A stretch of DNA of 63,850 nucleotides, the filler included, from Welwitschia mirabilis (lineage: Eukaryota), in NCBI GenBank assembly GCA_051453625.1. It is 6 parts of one record of this genome, joined end to end, with 100 filler letters (N's around TTAATTAATTAA, not from the genome) between each part and the next. Parts side by side here need not be neighbours in the genome. Positions count along the whole stretch, not along the records: positions 1 to 9,019 come from JBOZIK010000001.1; positions 9,120 to 19,149 come from JBOZIK010000001.1; 4 more parts are not named here. One strand, written 5' to 3'. A program made the translations under genes and the position numbers. Shown piece after piece: positions 1 to 11,243 of the stretch (the first letter of the stretch is position 1; the number at the start of each line of letters is the position of its first letter). Below the pieces are notes generated by a model, which searched no databases, had not been told where the DNA came from, and saw only the letters and a list, made by a program, of their open reading frames with translations.

Positions 1-438
1 ATCCCCCACTAACAACGACATGAATATGGTTCAAGGAATCATAAACGTCTGCATAAAGATATATACAGCACAATAGCCTAAAATAACTTGAGCAGTATAA
101 TCTTCGGTGTAGTTTACAAGGTTGTCTCTGAACATTTGAATTTCCTCAACACTCTTTAGAAACTTGAGAGAATCATAGTCCATGGAAGGCATGGCGAGAT
201 ATACATAGAAAAGGACTATGAAGGACAAGATAAAAATGATAAGCATCACGACTGATTCAAAGGATGGAATAATAAAAAGTTTCGATATTTTTTCCTTCTC
301 CTTGCTACTCAATATTTTCCTCTCTGTGTTTCCAGATGAGCGAGATACTGACGCAGCCGTCATTATTGCAAAAAGCCAAAATTGAAGGAAAATCTCAAAT
401 GGCACCGCTAAAATGATGAAGATAGAGGAGTACATCAC
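1..438 (-). pseudogene. TVP38/TMEM64 (SNARE-associated Golgi protein, VTT domain) family gene fragment with a premature stop; continues off the window edge
   Basis: The minus strand reads ...VYLAMPSMDYDSLKFLKSVEEIQMFRDNLVNYTEDYTAQVILGYCAVYIFMQTFMIP*TIFMSLLVGD. This matches the plant family motif GYCxxYIFMQTFMIPGTIFMSLLAG, with the conserved Gly codon replaced by TGA at 31-33. Homology of the N-terminal ~50 aa is uncertain. Confidence 0.85.
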
Positions 439-860
439 AATAAAAAGGGATTTTCAAAGGGGTACATCATACACAAAATAAAAGACATTCAAATGAATGG
501 GGAAAAAATGCCAAAGCAGATCATAAATAGAGAAAGAAATACATGCAGGGAAAACATGAACGCAAAGCATCGAGGATCAAAAACAGGCGCATCACTGCAA
601 CAGAGGAGGTCAACACAACAAATTGGCAAAGCACAGCAGATGATGCCAAAAAGAAAGAAGGATCAGAAGAAATGCCAAAGGACCACATCAAGGGAAGCTG
701 AATTAGAGGCAATTAAAGACAAGACGAGCAGTAACGCTTCATCACAGAAAACATTGAACAGGCCAGATAAGGCCAAAGTCCACCCCCAATTGATGCAACA
801 CTAGAGATCCTTCTTCACAGATAATTTCACTTGATCATCCAATAGTTATCTGAAGGGTAT

Positions 861-1577
861 TGGTGACCGAAAAAAACGAAGGCATATCAGGAAACACTAG
901 CGGCAACTCAGAGAAGTCTTACATATGGAGCAAGAAGAAGATCTAGAGGTTCCAAGCATCAACCCTAGAGATCATTAGCAAAGGGATGCAAGCATCAATT
1001 TCACTATCAAAAGGAGGTTTCAAGCATTTCAATCCTTATTTTTTTATTTCATTTTTAGCTCTTATAATAGGATTTGTCTTAACTCAAAATAATGTAATTC
1101 ATAAATATTAATTTGTGTTTAGAGATTTATCTTGCAAGGATCCTTTTTTAGTACTATTTTTAATTCAATTTAATTAAAATCTCCTTATTTGTCAAAAAAA
1201 TTTTACTGATTCATTTATTGAAAAAGTTTTTTGTTATTCTTCTCTCCTTTAAGAAAAAAAAAAGGAATGTGGATTTGAGTTGTTTTTTTATTTTTATTAT
1301 ATTATTTCCTACTTGAATTTTTTGTAAACCACATTCATTTTGATAAGCATCTTGAATATTTATAATATTAATTAGTTTCCAATTATATTCTTCTACTCTT
1401 AGACAATTTTAATATATGATAATGCCCTTATGAAATCACATTTATAAGTCTTGCATTAGGTCTCAAACAGAAATATTACATTAAAATCCAAAAATAAATT
1501 TTACCTTATACAAAACAATATTGTGAAATAAAAGCAAATCAAAAACATTAATTTATGAAGAAAAGTTTTCATCAACA
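861..1577 (+). mobile_element. LTR of a Ty3/Gypsy (Tat-like) retrotransposon; 3' end well supported, 5' start tentative
   Basis: Ends ...TTTTCATCAACA at 1577, followed 4 nt later by a tRNA-Asn PBS. The candidate start TGGTGACCG at 861 follows a short purine run (GAAGGG). A TATA-like CTATCAAAAGGAG lies near 1005. Confidence 0.5.
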
Positions 1578-1581
1578 GATT

Positions 1582-1599
1582 TGGCGCTAGAAGGAGGGT
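1582..1599 (+). promoter_or_regulatory. Primer-binding site complementary to the 3' end of plant tRNA-Asn
   Basis: TGGCGCTAGAAGGAGGGT is the complement of the tRNA-Asn(GUU) 3' end ...CCCTCCTTCTAGCGCCA (recalled sequence). Confidence 0.85.
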
Positions 1600-1609
1600 C
1601 ATACTTAAA

Positions 1610-2765
1610 AAAATGAAAAATCATTTCATGTTGTGAAAAATAGTCATAACAATTGGTTAAGTGAGAATAAGTTATTATTTCTTTAAAGAATTAAAATTAC
1701 ATCTAGAAAAGTTCTTTCTTATATTTAATTCAAATAGATGAAATCATATAATAATGTATTCTTGAATGAAAACAACCTAAAATATTGTGAATATGTCATG
1801 AAATTAATCTTTGAGACCCTTTGAATGGTATTCACAAAACTCATAATATTTTACAATGTAGATTATTGTTGCTAATATTTAGGAGGACTTTCAAACAAAT
1901 ATGAAATTCTTATGAATATGATCTTAGAAGGTAAATCATTTGACATTTTGATACTCAACTTCATAGGACATTTTCTTCAATTAAATGGTTCTTAATACAT
2001 CATGATATGAGTTGAGCATATCACAAAATAGATAGAGGTCAAAGAAACTAAAATGAATGATGTCAAAATGGTTGCTAAATTTTTCAAGAATATATTTTAC
2101 AACATTTTGGTCATTTATGAATTCTAATTAGTGAGTAGAAAATCCACTTAATTAATTAAACCATCAAAAAGTTAATGAATTCAATAAGAATATTACACAA
2201 GGTTATCACCACTTATTATTCACAAACAAATGGCTAAGTTAAGAATTTCAGCTAGGAGACTAAAAGAACATTAGTTAAAATGATTAATTCTAGTCAAGAG
2301 TGGTATAAGAAGTTAAATGATGCATTTTGAACTTCTAGAAACATATGAAGAAATTCATTAGGCTATACTTGATATTAGCTCTTTACAAAAAATAATGTTT
2401 ATTAATATGAGAAATTCAACATGAATATTAGAATTTAATTAAAAACTAAACCTTAATAATGAAGATAACATTACAAAAGGACTACTACAATTGGAAAAAT
2501 TATATGATATAAGACATTAGGTGAACTAATAATAAATTATGAAAAACATCTAAAGCATAGCCATGATTAAAGAAAGAAATTTAACCATAACAATAAGATT
2601 TTATTATACAATAGAAGATTATACAAGTTTTTTAGAAACCTAGTTACCAAGTGGAAATGATCTTGTAAGGTAATAAAGATAAACTAGAATGGGAGTGTTG
2701 TAATCAATAATCGATACTAGTCAATTCACTAAAAATGGTTAACAACTAAAACTATATTATGAGAA
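1610..2765 (+). pseudogene. Heavily decayed Ty3/Gypsy (Athila-like) integrase
   Basis: Recognisable remnants occur in the expected order: IL..CH zinc-finger region (~1780), FD...FIG.F (~1940), Y.TKW.E...ND.K.V.KF (~2020-2090), T.Y..QT.G (~2210), and W.G...V near 2650. Stops and frameshifts are frequent. Confidence 0.8.
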
Positions 2766-2846
2766 TAAGACAACAAATAGTATTATGAATGTTAAAGCAT
2801 CATCCAAATCCAACCAAATCATTTTCATCTCCAATATACTAATACT

Positions 2847-3263
2847 AAGTAGTCTAGTCCATGCTTATGTTCTATACGAACTATTCCATACAAAAATAAG
2901 TGCTTATGCATATTCTGCAAAATATTAAAAAAATTAATATTCTTTGTTGATTATCTTCTTAGAATAAAAAGAAAAAAGGAATTACTTTATCACTATTTTC
3001 TTATTCCACCTTTGGTTAGTATGAAACTAGGTTATCCTTTTAAACTTTGCAATGTATTAGTATTATGAAGAATGTTATTATTACATGAAAAATGTTATTA
3101 CTACATAAAGGAATCACCTGACTCCACCCTAATCACTTTCACCTCTAATCTAGTAGCAGTAAATAATCTAGTCCATACTTATGCTAGTACTAATTATTTC
3201 ACATATGAATAAGTGATTATGTATATTTTTTCAAAATTAAAACAATTTTAATATGCTTTAATG
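2847..3263 (+). repeat. Degenerate ~100-bp direct repeat, two copies (~2847-2947 and ~3166-3263)
   Basis: Both copies read TCTAGTCCAT(g/a)CTTATG...AATAAGTG(c/a)TTATG(c/t)ATATT...TTAATAT.CTTT. Confidence 0.7.
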
Positions 3264-3910
3264 TTTTATTTTCATAAACAGGGGGAGGTGGGGTGAAGGG
3301 GATTTTTGGGGATAGGGGTTTGGATTGGTGGCACTTGGGAGGTGGGTTATTGGGGAAGCGATTTCCTTATAAGAACTTGCTTATGTTAGATTTGGTCACT
3401 TTGAAACAATTTCATGCTCTTAAGTCATACTAAAATTAATTAGTATATCTCATCATTTTTCTAGCCCTTATTTTCCCTACATCATTTTCTTTCTTCATAG
3501 CCATTATTACATGAAAGAATTTCATGTTAAAGCTATATTATTCTTTGCAAAACCTACTATGTAAAATTATACCTATGCTAACAAAGGGAAAAAAAAGATT
3601 ATTCTACTTCAGGGGGAAAACAAAAAATAAAGAAAGAGAGTTTACAAGGGGGTCGAATGAGGGAGGGGAGAGGGGACTTTGAGGGGGCGAGGGCAGGGGA
3701 GCAGGGGTGGGAGAAGGAAGAGAGAGAAAAGAGAAGAATAATAGAAGAACAATAAGATACAACATCATGTCATGAAATCTTATATTATATGTTTTGTACT
3801 TTAGAAAATCTTCTATTCCTTTTATGAAGTACATTTTTTCAACTCACTTCTAGAATCTTTCATTATAGTATTTTGCATTTCACTTTTGCAATGCACTATC
3901 AAAGGGGTCA

Positions 3911-4837
3911 TGTAAGAAAGGAATGTCCTAGTTAGATTATTGTTCTCTAGTTTAGTATTAATATGTTTTATTTTTGCTAATTGATTTAAGATTAATCTTA
4001 ATTATTAAAACATAGATCAATGTATAGATATCAACAAGATGATAACAAAGTTAGACATCATGATAATATTATAAGAAAATACCTTAATGTCAATTACTAA
4101 GAGCTAACATGATGATTTTAGATGCCTTAAATATGTTCTTAATGCATTATATATGATTAATTTAATTGATGATTAATTTAAGATTGTTCAAGAGTCAAGA
4201 ATTTGATTTTAGAGCTTCATTTACTTACTAGTCATTTAGATGAAGACATGAAATGAAGACCATTTAACAAGATTCGAGAAAGTTAACATGGCAAGGCATT
4301 AATGGATAGTTACATATCTTATCCTTCTATTTCACTTGGCTAAAACCTAGGTAAACAATGATTGATAACCAATGAAAAATTAATTAATCTATTAGCAAAT
4401 TTTTATTATAACCATGTCCATTTAGTTTTCACTATCTAGTAATTTTAACTACCCTTCCAAACCTATATATACCCTCATAGGCATCACATTTTACATGTTC
4501 TTTACATCATCTTAGCTTTTCATAACATTAAAGCATTTTGGATAAGGGATCTATTTTCTTATGAAAGTAGTTCTTCTTAGTGTTGAACTTTGATTTCTTC
4601 ATTGAGGGATAGTTGTTTGTAAGTGGATAAATTTGAAGTACAATTAGTAACAAGATCAAGTATGATTATCTCATATTTTATCTCTTGATTTTCTTAAACT
4701 TTATTTTGATGTCAATTTGATGTTAGCATAGATTAAATGTGATTTTGACTTAGAGTATAAAGACTAACCTAGTTAATAATAAATTAGTAATTTAGTTAAT
4801 TGATTTTAATTGGGTTATGGATTATCATTCCGTTACA
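3911..4837 (+). mobile_element. Probable LTR (~930 bp) of an unassigned family
   Basis: TGTAAG at 3911 and GTTACA ending at 4837 form terminal inverted repeats. There is a TATA box CTATATATACC near 4463 and a purine run AAAGGGG just upstream. No TSD or partner LTR is seen. Confidence 0.45.
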
Positions 4838-6373
4838 TGCTCATTTTCATTGCATTCCGTTCATATCATCTCATTATTTTGGTTCATGATTTCATTCTTA
4901 AGTTATGAAAAATACCAAAAAAATTATATGCCTTTATTTTCAAATGGATTAATATTTTGATGTCCATTTATTTGCTTCACTAGTTTATGACACTTGGGTT
5001 GCACCCTATGCTAGTACATATCATGTGCTAACTTATAGGCTTTTTTGATAAGTGAACATATATTTTCATTGATGCATGCTTGAGAGTGAAAAACCATTCC
5101 TACCATCTCCATTATTATGTTTAACCATCATGTATCTTATCAAAGTTTTTTATATCAATCTTTAACTACTTGCTTAGTAGTTTTTTAAACTAGTCATTTA
5201 CCATGATATGGTAAATCTTAGAAAGGGGTGAGTTTCAAATTTTGTAAATATTTTACATTGTGTATTAATGGACAGTAAATGTAAATAGTACTTATTTGTA
5301 CAATTATTTAAATGATTTTTAGAATTTTAATACAAGTACCAAGCAACAAAATTTCACATTCTCTTCTTTTGTATTTAAGTCTAGATAATTCTCAAGACAA
5401 GAACTGTTAGATCTATGAATTGTCTATTCATGATAAATCAAATTATAATTATGAATATTAATATGTGTTCTTACTTATCATAGGATTATAATTAATTATG
5501 AGTATGCATATTAAAGAAATAAATTAATGGGCAAATAGTAGCTTCCAAGGAATGATTACCAATGAACCAAAAAACATACCACTATAGCAAGTCGACCTGC
5601 ATTGTTGCAAGTTAACATTATACTATAGCACATAGTGTAGGAATTCAACCTACATTATAGTGGCTCAACCTACTAGAGGTCGACCCACACTATAGGAGGT
5701 CGACCCACATCAATTTAGTTTTCATAGTTAGCAATTTTAGATCGAGAGTTAGCTGGCTATTAATTGGAGGTCAATCAACATTCATCTAAAATTGATTACT
5801 AGAGAATGAATATAAACATTTTATTAGCCATTAAATTTTTGTAATTCTTGTAACTTATTCTAATAGTTATATAATAACACTGAGGTCTGATAATTAAGAA
5901 AAATATTTCTATATAAGCAAATCATTGTTGCACATCATAAACTACATGATTAAGTTCTGATAAGATATTTTATTCTGATCTACTATCTTCTACTCTAATC
6001 TTACACATATTCTTTTTATTTTAATGACATTTTGAATCTCTTAAGGTTGAGGCTATCTCTTGTAAATATTATTTATGATTTAGTGCTATTTCAAAGTGCA
6101 ATTAGGCTTAGTAGTGAAGTGAAGGCAAATAGAAAAACTCCATTGTTAGGGAAGAGCTACCATAAAGCTTTATTATATTGTTACATCCTTTTAGAATAAA
6201 TGAATAAACACAAGTTTTTAAATTACATTCTTGCATTAATTTATTTTTGCACTTTAAATTTTTAATTCTTACATTCTTAGTTTACATGATAAGTGTTTAT
6301 GAAAATGTCTTCTATTATAAATTCTAGTTATTGTGTTTAATTTTTTATCTCCAAGAAAATCTAGTCTAACAAT

Positions 6374-6384
6374 TGGTATCAGAG
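6374..6384 (+). promoter_or_regulatory. PBS for initiator tRNA-Met
   Basis: TGGTATCAGAG lies two bases after the LTR end ...CTAACA. Confidence 0.9.
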
Positions 6385-6442
6385 TAGGTTGCATTTAGAT
6401 TTATTTGGAGTTAACTTCTTCATTGACTCTTTTTTATATTTT

Positions 6443-6760
6443 AAGCCTTTCTTCTTCAATGAAACTAATTATGATGTTTGGGAAATTGAAATGAAGAGCT
6501 TTCTTAAATCTAAATTAAATGTTTAAACTATTATTTAAATAGGTTTCCATCTTCCATCAAATCCAATATTTGAACTTACAAAGGATGAGAAGGCTAAGAC
6601 AAGTCTTAATAAAAGGGCCTTGTATGCCCTACATTGTACCCTAAGTAATAGTGAAACATTTAATATTATTAAATATTCTTGTTGTGTAAAAGATATTTGT
6701 GATTTCTTATAGGTTAAATTTGGTAAATTTCATAAAACTAATGAATACTAAGAAATCCTC
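6443..6760 (+). pseudogene. Copia gag N-terminal remnant
   Basis: Translates as KPFFFNETNYDVWEIEMKSFLKS, followed by NKRALYALHCTLSNSETF, typical of the Copia gag N-terminus. Stops are present. Confidence 0.75.
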
Positions 6761-7942
6761 TTGAAATAAGAACAACTTGAAGGATAAAGAAGTGATAAAA
6801 TTAATAATCTTGAAGAAACATCATTGATCATTGATTAGAAATACGAATATGTTGAAAGTGTAAAGGGAGATAAATAAATAAATGATAACTAGACCAAACA
6901 TGTATCATATAATCCTCCCAAATTAGATGATAAAGTTTCTATTTACTCATTTTTAACTTGTAATATTTATTAAAAAAACTCTTTTATTACTTCATTAAAA
7001 GAATGAATGACAAGGAAAAGTTTACTTGGGTGTAATATCTCTCCTTCATTCTTAAATTTGGTTATCTAAATATTAGTCAAATTAGTTTATTTATGTTATT
7101 TCTTATATTACCTCATGTCTACTTTCTTATAATATCTCCAGCATTATCATTGATGACAAAAAGAGAGAGAAGAACATAGAATCAAAAAGAATAAAATTTA
7201 TCTTTTTGTGCTCTCTTTTCTTAATCATAATGTTTACTAAATAATCATTTAAATGGATTTTAGATTAAGGAAAGTTCATAAACATTTTATTAAATTTGAT
7301 TATCATCAATGACAAAGGAAAAGATTATTAGGTTTATGAATTGTCAATTAATGATAAACCAAATTATGGTTATGAATATTAATATGTGTTCTTGTTTATT
7401 ACAAGATTACACTTAATTTGGATTGTGCATGTGGTAGAAATGGATTAGAAATGAAACTATAGCCATAAAATAACTTTTAATGAGTAAATAATGGCTTCCA
7501 ATGGATGCTTGCCTATGAAGAAGAAAGTTGTTACTCTAGCGAGTCAATTACATACTATAGCGAGTCAATCACATACTATAGCACACATTGTAGGGGGTCA
7601 AGTTACACTGTAGTAGGTCAACTTACAAGAGGCCAATCCGCATTATACTAGATCAACCTAGATCAATTCAGTTTCCACAATCAATAAGTCTAATTCAATG
7701 GGTTAACTAGCCATTAATTGGAGATTGATCAACATGCATTCAAATTCACTACTGAAGAAAGAAATTAAGCATTTTATTAACTATTGAATTCCATTACTAT
7801 TGTAACTTATCCTAATAGTTACATGTCATGTAACACTAATGTGTAATAGACAAGAAAAAGATTTTTATATAAGTAAATTAATGTTGCCTATCATAGGTTA
7901 TATAATTAAGCTCTGATAAGATCTCATATTCTAATCTACTAT

Positions 7943-9019
7943 TGTCACGTCTAGAACTTAATCAAGGTTAGAAAATCCTTTTTACAAATATATGACTAAT
8001 AGATTTACTTTAAAAGCATAAAACTATATATATATATATATATATTTAAAACTGTAGTTTAAATGTTATAATAAAAATAATTGTAAATTAGAGATAATTA
8101 CAACTTTATATTATTTGGATGTTTTATTTTTGAAGTTGTAGTTATCTTGAGCATTATTATCTTCTATGCATGTTTATCTAATTGATGTATTTTGATTATG
8201 GATATTTTGAGTTAACTTGGAATCTAACTTGCAGCTTGACATGGGTATCTTCTATCAATTATATTTCTATTATGTAGGAGTTGTGATACATTTAATGCTC
8301 ATGTGATTTTATTTTCTACAGTTTCATTTAATTTACATTTATTATTATGTTATTGTTTATATCCAGTGGCCAGATATGGAAAGGAAGGGTTAAGGAATCC
8401 TAAAACATTTTGTAGTTAGCCCAAATCCTATTTTCAGTTTTTGGTGAGATCTTGTTTATAAATACCTAAATCCCTTGTTCATAGAGTCATATTGTGCGAA
8501 TTGATCTTGTGGAGTTAGAGTCAGATAGGGGCACTTGGATTTTGTTGAGCAGGTGTGGTCCATAACCGTCTCTTTTAGTTCTTGCATTCTATGTTATTTT
8601 TAGTACTTGTAAACGGTAGATGTAATATGCTTGATATGCTTGTATTGTGATGTGTCAAGTTATCTTATAGTCATCTGTAACTCTTGTGTCTGTTTTCTAT
8701 GAGCCCTATTGAGTCCTAGCTTATGAAGACCTTGTAAAACTATCTGTGATCTTTTTGTTAACTTGTCATATGTCTTCCTTAACTATCCCTTTTTCGTGAA
8801 ACTTGTACTTAAGATCTTGGATGACCATTAACCTATATGAACTAAATTAAGAATTTAATATTGGCCAAGGTAACCACATGTACAGACTTCAGAAAGTGTA
8901 ACTCTCTATTGGGAGTCCCAAGACCATGGGACCAGACTGCCAGGGCCAAAAAGAAGAGATTGTGCACACTTTTATGATTTTTACCCCCTTTCTTGGTAGG
9001 GTGCATGTTGGATTACTTT
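7943..9019 (+). mobile_element. 5' part of an LTR (probably Gypsy/chromovirus type) inserted into the 3' LTR of the SIRE-like element; truncated by a scaffold join
   Basis: Homology to the partner LTR stops abruptly at 7942 and the sequence restarts with TGTCACG. A TATA box TTTATAAATACC lies near 8455 and a (TA)n tract near 8026-8045. Confidence 0.6.
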
Positions 9020-9119
9020 NNNNNNNNNNNNNNNNNNNNNNNNNNNNNNNNNNNNNNNNNNNNTTAATTAATTAANNNNNNNNNNNNNNNNNNNNNNNNN
9101 NNNNNNNNNNNNNNNNNNN
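9020..9119. other. Artificial scaffold spacer N44-TTAATTAATTAA-N44; also at 19150-19249, 29515-29614, 50048-50147 and 55905-56004
   Basis: The same 100-base layout occurs five times, and the 12-mer gives stop codons in all six frames. Confidence 0.97.
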
Positions 9120-10120
9120 TGTATGTTAGTCTAGAATGCATATTGCATTTTGCATGATAGTTTAATTTCCTGCTTTGTTATTCATTATTTCTGGTTCCCA
9201 AGATTATTTGCAAAAGCAGCCTAAGTTTTCCTATGGATAGACTTCAACAAAATACAACATTTGGGTCACTCCCATTATTCTAGTGTGTTGTATTATGCAT
9301 AATATCTATTTTGATTACTAATGATAAAATCTTTTTGAATGTTAAAGCGTGCATAAATACACACCGCAACAAATTGGTACCACTGTGAAGGAAGTTTATC
9401 AAGGAGTACAAGGGTTATCATCATTCAGATAAGTATACCGATTATTTGTCTATACAGTGTTGATTTTACTAGGAGCTTTAAGTTTTTTGTGTGCTATTTT
9501 TTTAGTTTTGGTTCTTAATTTTTTTGGTTTTTATCGGTTTTTGGTTTTAAGTTTTAAATTTTTTGTAGAAAAATAGTGTGCAATTTCAGTTTTCCATTTT
9601 ATTTTTAGTTTTATTTTCAGATTTCTATTTTCTATAATAAATTAGTTTCTGTCATCTCCTGTAACGTCTAGATGATCGAAAGGATAATAGATAATTTCTA
9701 TTATTTTTTCTATTTTCCGTTTGCATTTCAGTTCTATTTCTGTTTTTCTATTTTTCTTTATATGTTGTATCATCTGTTATTCCCACGACAGACAAGATGA
9801 TGGTTTATTATTTTTTTAATCTATTTTCTGTTATTTTGTATTTGCAAGTACTGTGGTGTGGGTAATCCAGAAAAAAAGGCTTAAAAGGGCTATTGACAAA
9901 AGGAAGCATTTAAAGAAGAATAGGAACACAAACCCTAGGTGCATGCATTATCTTTTCAAGTTTATTTTTATCATCTTAAAAAGCACCTACCTTCATCCTG
10001 AACTTAAAAAATTGTATTCCTCCCATTCTTTTCAAAAATGAATAGTGATAGATGTAAAAACAAATCTAAAGATGATAGTAAGAAAATAGTTGGGGAACTT
10101 ATTGCTAAATTAAAAAGGAA
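9120..10120 (+). mobile_element. Athila-like fragment: subtype A LTR 3' end (to 9371), PBS, 5' UTR and start of the unknown ORF
   Basis: ...AAATACACACCGCAACA ends at 9371 and is followed by the decayed Asp PBS TGGTACCACTGTGAAGGA. The stretch is colinear with ~10540-11320. Confidence 0.85.
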
Positions 10121-11243
10121 NNNNNNNNNNNNNNNNNNNNNNNNNNNNNNNNNNNNNNNNNNNNNNNNNNNNNNNNNNNNNNNNNNNNNNNNNNNNNNNN
10201 NNNNNNNNNNNNNNNNNNNNTCTTCTACTCTCCTTTCCATCTTCAATGCATCAGAGATTCTCATAACAAGATAGCGAAGGATGGAAGATCCATCTTTGGG
10301 AGTTAAAAAAAGATGAGTACTTGGTAGAGGGTTATTATCTTCTATTAAGACCTAGCTATTTTGTAATCCGGATGAACATTTATCTTTTAATATAAATCTT
10401 TGTTTTATTTATGTTTACATTTTAGATCTTCTTGTGACTCTTATAGTCTAATGTTGCCCTAACTTCTAGGGTGATATAGATTATCAAGGGTAACTCTTAT
10501 TAGGACTAAAAAACAAGTAGAGTTAAGGCATTTGCATTTCATGTTAGATTAAATTGCATCTTGCACCTTGCATGTTAGTTTTATTTACTTGCATTATTAT
10601 TTATTATTTATTATTTAAGATTTATTTTGCCAAAGTAACCTGAGTTTTCTTTATGGATAGACTTCAATAATATATGAAATTTGGATCACTCCCATTATTT
10701 TAACATGATGTATTATGCATAATATCTATTTTGATTACTAATGATAAAATCTGTTTGAATGTTAAAGTGTGCATAAATACACACTGCAACAAATTAGTGT
10801 CATTACCAGGGAAGGCTATCGAAGGAGTACAAAGGTTGTTGTCATTTAGATAAGTATTTTGATTATTTTTTTATCTCGTATGATGTCTAGATGACTGAAA
10901 GGATGATAGATGCTTTTTGTGTTTTTCCTGTTTATTTGTTTTAGTTCAGTTTCTATTTTTTCATTTTCTATATACATCATCTTATCTATCGTCCCCACAA
11001 TAGATAGGATGATGGTACATTATTTTTAATTTTTTTTTTATTATTTTCTATTTGCAAGAATTGTAGTGAGATTGGTATAGCAAAAGACTTATTAGAGAAA
11101 AAAAGAGGGGCTGTAGACAGAATAAAGATACCTAAGAAGGATAGGAACACAAACCCCAGGTGCATGCATTATTTTTCCAAACTCATTTTTTAGCACCTAC
11201 CTTATCCTTGAATTAATTTTTTTTTCTCCCATTCTTTTCAAAA

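Larger units (their letters stand above)
5405..7942 (+). mobile_element. Short, internally deleted SIRE-like Ty1/Copia element: 5' LTR 5405-6371, ~950-bp interior, 3' LTR from 7326 interrupted at 7942
   Basis: The 5' LTR runs TGTTAG...CTAACA and is followed by a Met PBS at 6374 and a gag start. Several PPT-like runs precede the 3' LTR (ATGACAAGGAAAAG ~7007, ATGACAAAAAGAGAG ~7153, ATGACAAAGGAAAAGAT ~7309). The second LTR is colinear with 5405-~5986, and both LTRs carry GTCGAC-centred repeats. Confidence 0.85.

Noticed and set aside
493-804. 103-aa basic ORF
   Set aside because: It has no recognisable motif and is low complexity, so it is likely a chance ORF in repeat sequence.
3604-3834. Proline-rich, extensin-like minus-strand ORF
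   Set aside because: It is a by-product of the G/purine tract on the plus strand.
8026-8045. (TA)n microsatellite
   Set aside because: It is an ordinary simple repeat.
9064-9075. Recurrent palindrome TTAATTAATTAA (five copies)
   Set aside because: It is always centred in an N44/N44 block, so it is an artificial six-frame-stop linker and not biology. Adjacency across these joins is unreliable.
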